A DNA stretch of 64,000 nt from an uncultured Gammaproteobacteria bacterium (GTDB lineage Bacteria > Patescibacteriota > Microgenomatia > JALYQM01), in the NCBI GenBank assembly GCA_964403585.1, contig CAYOFQ010000001.1, positions 140,456-204,455 on the forward strand, read 5' to 3'. Each line of letters begins with the position of its first letter. Within the stretch, counting starts at the first letter, position 1. The notes beneath the pieces were generated by a model. It was not told the origin of the DNA, did no database searches, and saw only the letters and a list, made by a program, of their open reading frames with translations. Positions 38,244 to 47,769 of this stretch are shown here, one piece after another. Both the position numbers and the translations under genes were made by a program.

Positions 38244-40889
38244 GTGAAACAGAAATATCTCATACCGCTGCTGGTAACGGCTATCGTTCTGCTCCTTCCA
38301 TTTGTATATAAACTGCCAATTCCGGCGGACGCGATTCCCGGTCTGTATTGGCCCATGAAAGACCATGATTTTGGCTATTCAAACGGCGTACCGGTTAAAA
38401 ACCCGCTCATAACTGACCCGGTTCGGCAGCAATTTGCCTGGAAATATCTCGCCATCAAAGAGTTTAAGCAAGGCAATTGGCCGCTCTGGAATCCCTACAA
38501 TTTCTCGGGAACGCCACTATTGGCAAATTTTCAAACCGGAGCATTCTACCCTCTGAATATCCTCTTCTTTACACCAAATCCGGGATTAGCCGATGATCTT
38601 CATTGGTTTGCTATTCAATGGTCGTGGTATATTTATCTGCAATCTGTGCTATCCGCGCTCTTTCTCTTCCTCTATCTTAAAAAAATTGGCTTGGATAAAC
38701 GTGCTGCCATCTTAGGCGGGATTACCTTTGCTTTTTCCGGATTTAACGTTGGTTGGTGGGAGTGGGGGAATTTAATCCATACGCTCCTCTGGTTCCCGCT
38801 GATTCTCTATGCCATCGAATGTCTGGTCGAAAAGGACCCGGTCGAAGTTCAAGGAACAACCGCGTACCGTAAATCGCTTTGGGGCACATTTCTTACCGTA
38901 GATAAGAACAGACTAATTCTACTTTTTGCTCTTTTTGCCAGTTTCACGGCAGGTCATTTGCAAACCCATCTGCTGGTGCTTATTAACACAATGTTTTATA
39001 TTTTGTATAAGATCCCGCTCATCCAGGTTATTGGAATCAAAATCAAAACAGAGTTCACCCATCGCCGCATGTACTATTGGCTGCAGTTAACACAAGTAGG
39101 GGTATTGTATCTCTTGCTAATCGCAGTACAGGCATTACCGACACTCGACTTTCTGCAGAAAAGTGCCCGCGATGTTGATCTTACCGGATGGCAGCGCAAA
39201 GACTGGTTTTACCCCTTCGAGCATTTTGTCAGCCTGATTGCACCCGACTACTTCGGTAACCCGACAACCTACAATTACTGGGGTGTGTGGAATTATGGCG
39301 AATTTTCGGCATATATCGGAATCTTACCGTTGCTCCTGGCTTTATCGGTAATCATTCAGTTTCTCTTCGATAAATGGCGAAAAGTTGGACATCGAAGTTC
39401 CATCAATCTTACCCATCGTGAGCCCGTCCAGGAAACATTGGATATTATGCAGGAGAATACCGGTATTGGTTTCTTTATGTTCTGTTTGTTTATTAACCTG
39501 GTACTCATAACCCGCAATCCTATTACCGAAAGCTTTTATCGCTACAACATTCCCTTCTTGGCCGGTACACAGCCTTCCCGGGGTATCGCCATTGTTGACT
39601 TTTCATTGGTTGTACTTGCTGCAGTCGGTTGTAATCAGATCATCAAAGTTTTCTCTGATCGGAAAAAGTCACAGGCGGTATTTATCGGCATCAAAACGAA
39701 TATTAACTATGCCTACCTGCTTGCGATTATTGGAATAGGCGTACTTTGGGTTATCACCTTGCTTAAACTGTCGCCGTTACTGGGAGTTCTGGATAAAGCT
39801 CCCGATTTTGACGTTTTCCGCATCTCCAGGAATAATCTTATCCTCCCGACAATACTTATCTTTCTTGCTTTTATTTTGTTGAGGATGTATTTCAAGCGCG
39901 CCGAAAAAGTCTACGCCAGTGATTCTGAAGAACTGACCATTCCACCTTCCACCAAAATAATTCTTTTGGCAATTGTGGCGATTACTTTTTTTGATCTGGC
40001 CCGTTACTGGTATAAATTCGAATCGTTCTCTAAGCCAGAGTTATTATACCCGCAGTCACAGTTGCTGGACAAAGTAAAAGGCGATCCCGCCAAACGCATC
40101 CAAACTGAAGAAAGCCGAATCTTGCCTCCCAACATGAATATACCCTACGAAATTTATACCGTAGATGGCTATGACCCGTTGTATTACGAGAAATACGGGC
40201 AGTTTATTGGACTTTGGGATCGGGATAAAGCCGATCTGACACCATACAAGGCCAATCGGATCATTACCCCGCATCGACCGAAAAGTGTTGTTGCCAATAT
40301 TTCCGGCGCCGCGCACCTGTTGTCTTTTGGCGACTATACCAAATACGAAAAAATAGACGAGTATGGGATGACAAAACTTTTCAAAATGGATACCGTATTG
40401 CCTCATCTCATGATTTTCCCGGCGATGCGCGGATTCGAAACCGAACAGGAATTAGCTCAGTATATGTTCGGTTCGGGATATGATTATTCATCCGAAGCAC
40501 TGTTTATTATGAAACCGACCCGGGAATTTACCATTCCGGATAACGGGGCATACGTTCGACTCGGCAGTCGAAATCACACGGTCGAATTGGTCGAATACAC
40601 TCCCACCAAAATCGCCATCCAAGCTTCGCTAAAGGAAGCCCCGGGACTCTTGTACCTTGCAGATACCTTTGATGAAGGATGGAAGGCCACTATTGATGGG
40701 GTGCCCGCACCAATCATTCGAACTAACTTTGCCTTCCGTGGCTTACAACTTTCACCGGGTGATCACCGTATTCGCATGTGGTATATGCCGGAAAGCTTCT
40801 CTGTAGGTTTAAAAGCAACTCTGGTTGGCACAGGGTTGCTGGTACTGCTCCTCGGATTAAGCTCAAAAAAGTTTCGCAAAATACCGTAA
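38244..40889 (+). CDS. YfhO-family membrane glycosyltransferase (fourth paralog)
   Basis: LWNPYNFSGTPLLANFQTGAFYPLNILFF and C-terminal DTFDEGWKATIDGVPAPIIRTNFAFRGLQLSPGDHRIRMWYMP. Confidence 0.6.
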   Translation: MKQKYLIPLLVTAIVLLLPFVYKLPIPADAIPGLYWPMKDHDFGYSNGVPVKNPLITDPVRQQFAWKYLAIKEFKQGNWPLWNPYNFSGTPLLANFQTGAFYPLNILFFTPNPGLADDLHWFAIQWSWYIYLQSVLSALFLFLYLKKIGLDKRAAILGGITFAFSGFNVGWWEWGNLIHTLLWFPLILYAIECLVEKDPVEVQGTTAYRKSLWGTFLTVDKNRLILLFALFASFTAGHLQTHLLVLINTMFYILYKIPLIQVIGIKIKTEFTHRRMYYWLQLTQVGVLYLLLIAVQALPTLDFLQKSARDVDLTGWQRKDWFYPFEHFVSLIAPDYFGNPTTYNYWGVWNYGEFSAYIGILPLLLALSVIIQFLFDKWRKVGHRSSINLTHREPVQETLDIMQENTGIGFFMFCLFINLVLITRNPITESFYRYNIPFLAGTQPSRGIAIVDFSLVVLAAVGCNQIIKVFSDRKKSQAVFIGIKTNINYAYLLAIIGIGVLWVITLLKLSPLLGVLDKAPDFDVFRISRNNLILPTILIFLAFILLRMYFKRAEKVYASDSEELTIPPSTKIILLAIVAITFFDLARYWYKFESFSKPELLYPQSQLLDKVKGDPAKRIQTEESRILPPNMNIPYEIYTVDGYDPLYYEKYGQFIGLWDRDKADLTPYKANRIITPHRPKSVVANISGAAHLLSFGDYTKYEKIDEYGMTKLFKMDTVLPHLMIFPAMRGFETEQELAQYMFGSGYDYSSEALFIMKPTREFTIPDNGAYVRLGSRNHTVELVEYTPTKIAIQASLKEAPGLLYLADTFDEGWKATIDGVPAPIIRTNFAFRGLQLSPGDHRIRMWYMPESFSVGLKATLVGTGLLVLLLGLSSKKFRKIP

Positions 40890-40898
40890 AGGAATCGT

Positions 40899-41843
40899 AT
40901 GAACAAAAGCATTTCAATTATCATCCCGAATTATAATGGGGCCGAAATTCTACCCCAGAATCTCCCTTTGGTTATCAAAGTGGCTGAAAAGTATCAGGCC
41001 GGAATTATTATCGTCGACGACAAGTCCAAAGATAATTCAGTTGAGATCCTCAAAAGGGATTTTCCTCAGATAAAACTAATTGAAAAAGAAAAAAATGAAG
41101 GATTCTCCTCTACGGTAAACTTGGGAGTCAAAAATGCCCAAACCGAGTTAGTGTGTCTTCTTAATAGCGATGTTATCCTTACCGAAAACTGTCTGGACCC
41201 GCTTTTCGCGCACTTCGACGATCCGTTAACCGCCGGAGTTGCAATGATGGACATCTCGGACAACGAAGATGAACGGTTTGGGAGCCTGCATGGCCGGGGA
41301 AAATTTATTTTTCATAAAGGCTTTTTACTGCATTGGCAGTTGGGGGATAAGACGGAATTAAAGTCGGGGATTACCGGCTGGGTATCCTGTGGCTCCGGCA
41401 TGTTCTCCCGCAAAATTTGGAATGAGCTTGGAGGATTGGATGAATTACTCAACCCCTTTTATTTCGAAGACGTGGACTACGGATATCGCGCCTGGAAATG
41501 CGGATTCAAAATGTACTTTGAAAGCCGGTCGCAAGTACAGCACATCCATAAAAAAGGCGCCATTAAATCCAACTATGATGAAAAACGAATTAAAACAATT
41601 AGTTACCGTAACCAGACTCAATTTACCTGGAAGAATCTGAGCGATGTCGATCTAAAGCTTCGCCATTATCTGAATCTCCCGCTTAACCTGGCCTCTGCTT
41701 ACAAAAATCATGACCAGGCGTTCCTTGACGGATTTCGGCAGGCCTGGGCCCGTCGCAATGAAATAATGCTTAAGCATCAGGAACTGCAATCTAAATGTAA
41801 ACTCACTGACCATCAGGTAATTGGCATGTTCTCTAACACCTAA
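40899..41843 (+). CDS. Glycosyltransferase family 2 (probable polyprenyl-phosphate sugar synthase, CsbB/GtrB-like partner of YfhO)
   Basis: SISIIIPNYNGAEIL...IVDDKSKDNS...DVDYGYR. Sits directly downstream of a YfhO gene, as csbB-yfhO does in Bacillus. Confidence 0.6.
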   Translation: MNKSISIIIPNYNGAEILPQNLPLVIKVAEKYQAGIIIVDDKSKDNSVEILKRDFPQIKLIEKEKNEGFSSTVNLGVKNAQTELVCLLNSDVILTENCLDPLFAHFDDPLTAGVAMMDISDNEDERFGSLHGRGKFIFHKGFLLHWQLGDKTELKSGITGWVSCGSGMFSRKIWNELGGLDELLNPFYFEDVDYGYRAWKCGFKMYFESRSQVQHIHKKGAIKSNYDEKRIKTISYRNQTQFTWKNLSDVDLKLRHYLNLPLNLASAYKNHDQAFLDGFRQAWARRNEIMLKHQELQSKCKLTDHQVIGMFSNT

Positions 41844-41863
41844 CGGTTATATATACTGGAAGA

Positions 41864-42091
41864 ATGCATAGGAATAAACTAAAAGCCCGGTCGGCTTTTG
41901 ATATATTTCTTCTTGTCAGCGCGGGGATCTTAGTAACCGGATTTATTTCCGCTTTAGTTGTTTTTGGTAATAAATCTCTGGGAAATTTATCCAAAAGCAG
42001 CACCAGTTCTGCCGCACCTGTATATAGCTTTGCTGCCGATCCGGGGAATACAGCGTATTCTATGTACATCACCGGTATCAAACCGTTATAA
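41864..42091 (+). CDS. Small single-TM protein (75 aa)
   Basis: One hydrophobic helix (FDIFLLVSAGILVTGFISALVVF) with a Ser-rich tail. Same strand as its neighbours. Confidence 0.3.
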   Translation: MHRNKLKARSAFDIFLLVSAGILVTGFISALVVFGNKSLGNLSKSSTSSAAPVYSFAADPGNTAYSMYITGIKPL

Positions 42092-42118
42092 AAGTTAGGA
42101 TATAGTAAAATAGTACAA

Positions 42119-43645
42119 ATGCGGTCAAAACTTATTTTAGTCAGCATACTGCTTATTGCGGCAATACTCCGTCTTTTCGCGCTCGGCATAACCCCACACG
42201 GTATCTATAGCGATGAAGCTTCTCTGGGATACAACGCCTGGTCCATTCTCACTACGGGGCACGACGAATTTGGCAAAAGCTATCCGCTTACCTTTCAGGC
42301 CTTCGCAGAGTACAAACTTCCCGTATATATTTACACTTCAATTCCATTTATTGCCCTCTTCGGGTTGAGTCCTTTTTCTATCCGTATTGTTAGTGCCATT
42401 GCCGGTATTGTCGCAACATACGGCATATATGTATTATGCCGAACATCTTTTCATAAAAACGAAGGTAAGGAGATCATTTCTCTTTCGGCGGCAGCTTTGT
42501 TCGCAGTTTCTCCCTGGAGCATCCATTTCTCGCGCGGTGGTTTTGAAGCCAACTTGGCATTGTGCTTGATCATCTTTGGCGTATATTTATTTATTTCGTA
42601 TACTGAAACATTTCGTCCGTACCATCTGCTCAGTGCAGTATTGCTTTTTGTGCTGGCTTTATATACATACAATGCTGCACGGGTCTTTTTACCCATCTAT
42701 ATAACGATACTGGTTGTAATGTATAGTCATGAACTATTTAAGTCCAAAGATAAACTATTGCCTCTTATTTCGGGCGGAATAATTCTGTTCACGATTCTTT
42801 ATTCCTTAATGGGATCTATTTTTGGCGCCGAATCGGCTCGCGCGAATCAGGTGCTTGAATTGGAGAACAAACAATATGCGCTTGGTCCGCTGCTCGGTGT
42901 ACTGGAAAAGTATCTCACCCACTTTTCCGCGGAGTTTCTTTTTTTCAGTGGCGACGTGCTGGCCAGGCATTCGGTGCGGGAAGTAGGTGAACTACTATTG
43001 CCGCAATTGCTGTTTATTGCGATTGGCGTATACTCGCTCATCACTAACCCTTCCCGAATCTCAGTCGGGATTCTCCTGTGGCTAATTATTGCACCATTGC
43101 CGGCAGCCATCGCCACACCCGTTCCTCATGCTCTCCGTTCGTTGCTCTTGTTGCCGCCACTTACGATTCTTACCGCCGTTGGACTGACTACAGCGTATAA
43201 TTTGATCAGGCAAAAAAGACTGCCTGCCGCTACGTATACCGCCGGGAGTATCTGTTTTATTTTCTTCGCGTATTCTGTATTCACCTACCTCCACGTATAT
43301 TTTAAACACTATGCGTATAAAAGCTCATGGGACTGGGACGAAGATAAAACTGTACTAGGCCAAACACTTGCCACTGAGTATGCCAAAGCACCGCGCATTT
43401 ATATTGAGACAGCTGAACAGAACCAAATCTATCTGAAATTTTTTACTGCATCACAGGGGCAGGCGTTTATTCGATCACGCTACATATTTTTCTCAAATAT
43501 GGATGAAATTTCACCACAAAACGGCGATATCGTTGCAATTAATGGATGGAAAGGGACTCCTGAACAATTATCCGGAGTGAAAGAGTTGAAAATGCGCAAC
43601 AATTCAATCGGATTTAAGGTCGGGGAATGGAGGAGCGATGAATAA
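42119..43645 (+). CDS. PMT_2 / GT39-GT83-like (ArnT/PMT family) lipid-carrier-dependent glycosyltransferase
   Basis: GIYSDEASLGYNAWSIL (DE motif in the first periplasmic loop), polytopic. Confidence 0.6.
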   Translation: MRSKLILVSILLIAAILRLFALGITPHGIYSDEASLGYNAWSILTTGHDEFGKSYPLTFQAFAEYKLPVYIYTSIPFIALFGLSPFSIRIVSAIAGIVATYGIYVLCRTSFHKNEGKEIISLSAAALFAVSPWSIHFSRGGFEANLALCLIIFGVYLFISYTETFRPYHLLSAVLLFVLALYTYNAARVFLPIYITILVVMYSHELFKSKDKLLPLISGGIILFTILYSLMGSIFGAESARANQVLELENKQYALGPLLGVLEKYLTHFSAEFLFFSGDVLARHSVREVGELLLPQLLFIAIGVYSLITNPSRISVGILLWLIIAPLPAAIATPVPHALRSLLLLPPLTILTAVGLTTAYNLIRQKRLPAATYTAGSICFIFFAYSVFTYLHVYFKHYAYKSSWDWDEDKTVLGQTLATEYAKAPRIYIETAEQNQIYLKFFTASQGQAFIRSRYIFFSNMDEISPQNGDIVAINGWKGTPEQLSGVKELKMRNNSIGFKVGEWRSDE

Positions 43646-44291
43646 CTGGCTACTCCATCTTAAAAATCTCATTTGGTGGCCAATTTCCGAGAAAGATCTG
43701 GTTATTTTATTACTTCTCCTGATCATAGCATTGGTCGAATCGACCTATTCGTTTCAGGATCAACTTGGCGGACCGGAAAAGCCGTATTTGGTAATTCTGG
43801 CAATATATAGTATTTTCCTTAGTGTAGGGATATATAAATTCATTCTAAGCAGCAAACCAATGAGCAGGCTTGAAAAAAAATTTTTTGCACTAACCTACTA
43901 CCTGGCTTTTTCCGGGTTTAATATCATTGCCGTAACTTCTCAGGATATCTCTCAACTGGTTCAGCCACTGCTGGTAACGGTCATCATCAAGCTAACTTTT
44001 TTCTATAATCTTACCCGATCATTAATAACCTTTACCGCAACAGCCATGCTCCAACGTATCGAACAGGAAGGAGTTTTAGGTAAAAGCATCTTGACCGGAT
44101 TAGTGACCGATCACCAGCTTTCCGGCAAGGAATCCTTCTTAATCGCAGTGCTAACGGTGATCATTTATTTCGCTTTCAGAGTAAATAGTTATGGAATTCC
44201 GGCTGCCGCCGTATTGACCTATACCTATACGATCATTGCATGTGGACTTATCGGTAATATCCACAGTATCCTTATGCGGAAAAGTCTATGA
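43638..44291 (+). CDS. Polytopic membrane protein of unknown function
   Basis: 217 aa with about 6 TM helices, translationally coupled to both flanking GT39-like genes. Confidence 0.45.
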   Translation: MNNWLLHLKNLIWWPISEKDLVILLLLLIIALVESTYSFQDQLGGPEKPYLVILAIYSIFLSVGIYKFILSSKPMSRLEKKFFALTYYLAFSGFNIIAVTSQDISQLVQPLLVTVIIKLTFFYNLTRSLITFTATAMLQRIEQEGVLGKSILTGLVTDHQLSGKESFLIAVLTVIIYFAFRVNSYGIPAAAVLTYTYTIIACGLIGNIHSILMRKSL

Positions 44292-45943
44292 AAAATAAAA
44301 TAATTATCGGGGTGCTCATTCTGTTCACTTTTATTCTGCGAACCTACCAGCTGGAGAATAATCCTCCCGGTTTTTATTCTGATGAAGCCAGTTATGCGTA
44401 TAATGCCTACTCGATATTAAAAACCGGACGGGATGAGCATGGTGTATTCCTTCCCATAACTGCCGAGGCGTTCGGGGATTATAAACTTCCGGTCATGTTG
44501 TATTCAATTGTTGCTTCATTTGCCCTATTCTCCCCTTCCGAATGGGCAGCCAGGTTACCCGGAGCATTGTATGGAACCGGCACTATACTTGCCCTGTATT
44601 ATCTGATCAAAGAATTACGCGGATCTAATGACTGGAAGATCCCCTTGCTTGCCGGTGCTTTCCTGGCCATCGCACCTGCTCACATTTTCGTTTCGCGGGG
44701 TACCTGGGAGCTGACACCGGCACTTTTCTTTATAACCATCGGCACACTCACTTTCACTAAAGCTCTGCACTCAACAGGAAAAGCTGCCTTATTCAGCATT
44801 GTTTCTGCCGTATCCTTCATTCTCGCTCTATATTCATATAACTCGGCTCGCGTTTTTGTTCCCTTGTTCGGAATCGGATTGATAATCATCTTTTGGCAAG
44901 AAATACGTGTGTTTATGGAATCGCCCGCGAATAGAATAGTGGTGGCTAGCTTAATTCTTGGAGCAATTCTGCTTTGTTTGCCAATTCTTAAATCCATTGG
45001 TGCGCCGGAAGTAACCCAACGGGCTAAATACATAAGTATCTTTTATGATAAGGGGGTTGATTCACGTCTTTTTGAAGCGATTCGTTCGGATTCCGGTCAG
45101 CCGGTAAAACTAACCCAGATCCTGCACAATAAACCAATCTTTTACTCTATGGATTTCCTGAAAAGATATCTTTCCCATTTTGATTTCAATTTCCTTTTTG
45201 TAATCGGCGACACCTTCGAAATATTCCGGCTGGCCGGACTCGGGCTGTTGCCGCTTATTACCTTGCCACTCGTATTTATTGGCGCAATCAGTCTGTATAA
45301 GCAAAACAAACAATTATTTTTACTATTCACACTCTGGCTGGTGATAAGTCCAATTGCTTCATCTTTCACGGTTTTTACACCGAGTGTTTCTCGGGCACAA
45401 AACATGATCATTCCGCTGGTTGTGTTTGCTGCCTATGGTGCTGCACAAGTATATAGAGAAATTGCCGACCGACTGCCGCAAACAAAGCCTATACTGGTCC
45501 CGATTGTTTTAGTTTTATATGGTCTCAACACCGGCTATATCCTAAACCAATACTTTGTTGAAACTCCCAAACTTACTGCCGAAAAATGGAATGACGGGTT
45601 TAAAGAACAGGTAGCGTTCGCTGCCGGGCATCAGGATCAGTACGATAAAATACTTATTTCCAGCACTCAGGCACCGTCATATATTTTCTATGCCTGGAAT
45701 TTGCGGTACGACCCTGCTACGTTTCAAAACGAAGCCCACGTCGATCATACGCCCGACCAGAATGGGTTGAATTTTACCAGTCAGTTCGGTAAATATCACT
45801 TTACAAAAGATATTACCGGAGATCAAAAAAAGATTCCATTGGAGGAAAAAACACTGGTACTCGGGTTTCCTAACGAGTTAGTTCTACCAAATAAAGATTT
45901 TTATTCGCGTAATCGGCAGAAAGTAGCCGAGGCCAAGGAATAA
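44288..45943 (+). CDS. PMT_2 / GT39-like glycosyltransferase (paralog)
   Basis: GFYSDEASYAYNAYSILKTGRDEHG, polytopic. Confidence 0.6.
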   Translation: MKNKIIIGVLILFTFILRTYQLENNPPGFYSDEASYAYNAYSILKTGRDEHGVFLPITAEAFGDYKLPVMLYSIVASFALFSPSEWAARLPGALYGTGTILALYYLIKELRGSNDWKIPLLAGAFLAIAPAHIFVSRGTWELTPALFFITIGTLTFTKALHSTGKAALFSIVSAVSFILALYSYNSARVFVPLFGIGLIIIFWQEIRVFMESPANRIVVASLILGAILLCLPILKSIGAPEVTQRAKYISIFYDKGVDSRLFEAIRSDSGQPVKLTQILHNKPIFYSMDFLKRYLSHFDFNFLFVIGDTFEIFRLAGLGLLPLITLPLVFIGAISLYKQNKQLFLLFTLWLVISPIASSFTVFTPSVSRAQNMIIPLVVFAAYGAAQVYREIADRLPQTKPILVPIVLVLYGLNTGYILNQYFVETPKLTAEKWNDGFKEQVAFAAGHQDQYDKILISSTQAPSYIFYAWNLRYDPATFQNEAHVDHTPDQNGLNFTSQFGKYHFTKDITGDQKKIPLEEKTLVLGFPNELVLPNKDFYSRNRQKVAEAKE

Positions 45944-45946
45944 CCT

Positions 45947-46525
45947 ATGACTATTGATTCGAATCAGGAATACTTTGAGCAACACTTCAAAGATTTAAAA
46001 TTTGAAAACCAAGGTATACAAGACTTGGTATTGGAAAACTGTACCCTGGATAAAGTAATCTTTACTGACACAACGCTTTCGCGCTGTCGCTTCGACACTA
46101 CCACCTGCAGTAATTGCCAATTTCTTAATGGAAAAATACCGAACGTCACACTGCGGGATACAACCCTGAGAAATTGCAAAATTACCGGAATCGCCTTTTC
46201 CGATACCGACGCGCTCGAGTACCTTACGCTGGAAAATTGCGTCATAACGTATTGCAGTTTCTTTGGATGCAAAATTACTAAGTTGGTAGCTACCAACTGC
46301 ACATTCAAAGAAGTGGATTTTACTGATGCCGATCTTCATGAAGCAAATTTTCAGCATACCGATTTCGAGGGGAGTACATTCCATAACACCATATTGACTA
46401 AGGCTGATCTCTCTCACGCGAAGAACTACCGCATCGATTTCCATACCAATAAAATTTCCAAAGCAAAATTCACGTTGCCCGAGGCCATATCGCTATTGCG
46501 CAGCCTGGATATTAAAGTCTACTGA
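45947..46525 (+). CDS. Pentapeptide-repeat protein
   Basis: Runs of the 5-residue repeat A(D/N)LXX, e.g. NCTFKEVDFTDADLHEANFQHTDFEGSTFHNTILTKADLSHAKN. Confidence 0.65.
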   Translation: MTIDSNQEYFEQHFKDLKFENQGIQDLVLENCTLDKVIFTDTTLSRCRFDTTTCSNCQFLNGKIPNVTLRDTTLRNCKITGIAFSDTDALEYLTLENCVITYCSFFGCKITKLVATNCTFKEVDFTDADLHEANFQHTDFEGSTFHNTILTKADLSHAKNYRIDFHTNKISKAKFTLPEAISLLRSLDIKVY

Positions 46526-46526
46526 T

Positions 46527-46555
46527 TTGAAAAATCTCTACAATAATAGTATAAT
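46527..46555 (+). promoter_or_regulatory. Consensus sigma70 promoter TTGAAA-17-TATAAT
   Basis: -35 46527-46532, -10 46550-46555, 41 nt upstream of the csbD-like ATG. Confidence 0.5.
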
Positions 46556-46596
46556 AAAATCATACATAATAGTTATAGATGGGATAAGGAGCCAGT

Positions 46597-46833
46597 ATGT
46601 CTGTTAACTGGGATTCCATTAAAGGCCGCTGGAATGAGATGAAAGGTGATGCCGAAGTTGCGCTCGGAGATATTACCGATGACGACTGGAAGAAAATCGA
46701 TGGGAATAAAGATCGATTGGTTGCCAAGCTCCAGCAGGCGAAGGGGTGGACAAAGGAGCAAGCTGAAGAAAATGTCGATAACCACTTCAAAAAATATGAT
46801 GAATTTGACGATCGTGACAATACAATTTTTTAA
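46597..46833 (+). CDS. CsbD-family general stress protein
   Basis: KGRWNEMKGDAEVALGDITDDDWKKIDGNKDRLVAKLQQAKGWTKEQAEENVDNHFKKYDEF. Confidence 0.7.
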   Translation: MSVNWDSIKGRWNEMKGDAEVALGDITDDDWKKIDGNKDRLVAKLQQAKGWTKEQAEENVDNHFKKYDEFDDRDNTIF

Positions 46834-46868
46834 ATAAAGAAGCAAAAGTTCCTAAAGCCAAATAAAAA

Positions 46869-46894
46869 CGGCGCGAGGTATGCTCCTCGCGCCG
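46869..46894 (-). terminator. Intrinsic terminator for the Hsp20 gene
   Basis: cggcgcgagg-tatgct-cctcgcgccg hairpin. On the minus strand it is followed by a U-run (the plus strand has aaataaaaa at 46855-46868). Confidence 0.6.
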
Positions 46895-46906
46895 TACTTC
46901 TTGCCA

Positions 46907-47584
46907 TTATGGTGTTGCTCTTTCCTCCAACCCGCTTGCCTGATTACCTGTATCTTCAACTTCAGATTCATCTACATCGGCTACTACCGAATCCACGTTT
47001 CCACTCTCATCAGTCATACTCGATCCGTCGTCAGGAACTATATCCGGTTCACTTTTCCCGGCTAGTTTTGTAGGCTTAGAGTCTTTCTCTTCTGCTTTCA
47101 ACTCTTCTTTTTCTTCAGTTTTTGTCTCCACTTTTTCTTCAGCCGCTTTCTTTGAGCGACCTCCCGAAGCCTTATTTTTAACAGAAATTTTCTTTAGGGT
47201 AGCCGCTCGCATCTTAGGAAAAGCAACAGTAACAATACCATCCGCACAAGTTGCTTCTGGATCTGCGTTGAGATCAACTTCTCCCGGGACTGCGACTTGA
47301 TACGAATATGACGAAGTCATTCTGGTATAACTTTTTCGATCTTTTTTCTCTTCGTCCTTCATCTCACCGTTAATACGCAGAACACCTTGGTGATAGGAAA
47401 TCTCTATATCTTCAACTTTTATGCCCGGCATCGCCGCATCAACATATACAAACTCATCATCTTCAGTAATCGAAAGGCCGGAAGGAACACCATTCTGCTT
47501 TAACCAACTTGTATCATCCTTCAAAGAGGAAAACCGCATCAAAGGAAACGACCAAACCGATGAAGGTACTAACTCGCTAGACAT
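46907..47584 (-). CDS. Hsp20/alpha-crystallin small heat-shock protein with a long Lys/Glu-rich C-terminal extension
   Basis: Alpha-crystallin-domain pattern DEFVYVDAAMPGIKVEDIEISYHQGVLRINGE ... SYTRMTSSYSYQVAVPGEVDLNADPEATCADGIVTVAFPK. Confidence 0.75.
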   Translation of the reverse strand: MSSELVPSSVWSFPLMRFSSLKDDTSWLKQNGVPSGLSITEDDEFVYVDAAMPGIKVEDIEISYHQGVLRINGEMKDEEKKDRKSYTRMTSSYSYQVAVPGEVDLNADPEATCADGIVTVAFPKMRAATLKKISVKNKASGGRSKKAAEEKVETKTEEKEELKAEEKDSKPTKLAGKSEPDIVPDDGSSMTDESGNVDSVVADVDESEVEDTGNQASGLEERATP

Positions 47585-47769
47585 GAAACACTCCTCTCTC
47601 TGCCGTTACTCTTGTCATTAAGAATCTCGGCAGAAAATAAAAATAGGGAAGTGGTAGCGCGCTAACACCCTAATATAAACATACTGCTGTCAGCCTTGTA
47701 AATCCAAAGAATACGGGAAAAAACTAATGCAATAAAGATCACAGACTGGTAAGAGTATAATGAGAGTAT

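Noticed and set aside
38232-38246. Leaderless transcript for the fourth YfhO gene (TATAAT 6 nt before GTG 38244)
   Set aside because: Leaderless mRNAs normally need AUG. The hexamer is probably incidental AT-rich sequence, and the gene is more likely co-transcribed with the upstream lipoprotein gene.
46560-46845. Alternative ORFs over the csbD locus (46560-46820-, 46573-46845-, 46646-46837+)
   Set aside because: Only 46597-46833(+) has an SD, a consensus promoter and the CsbD family motif.
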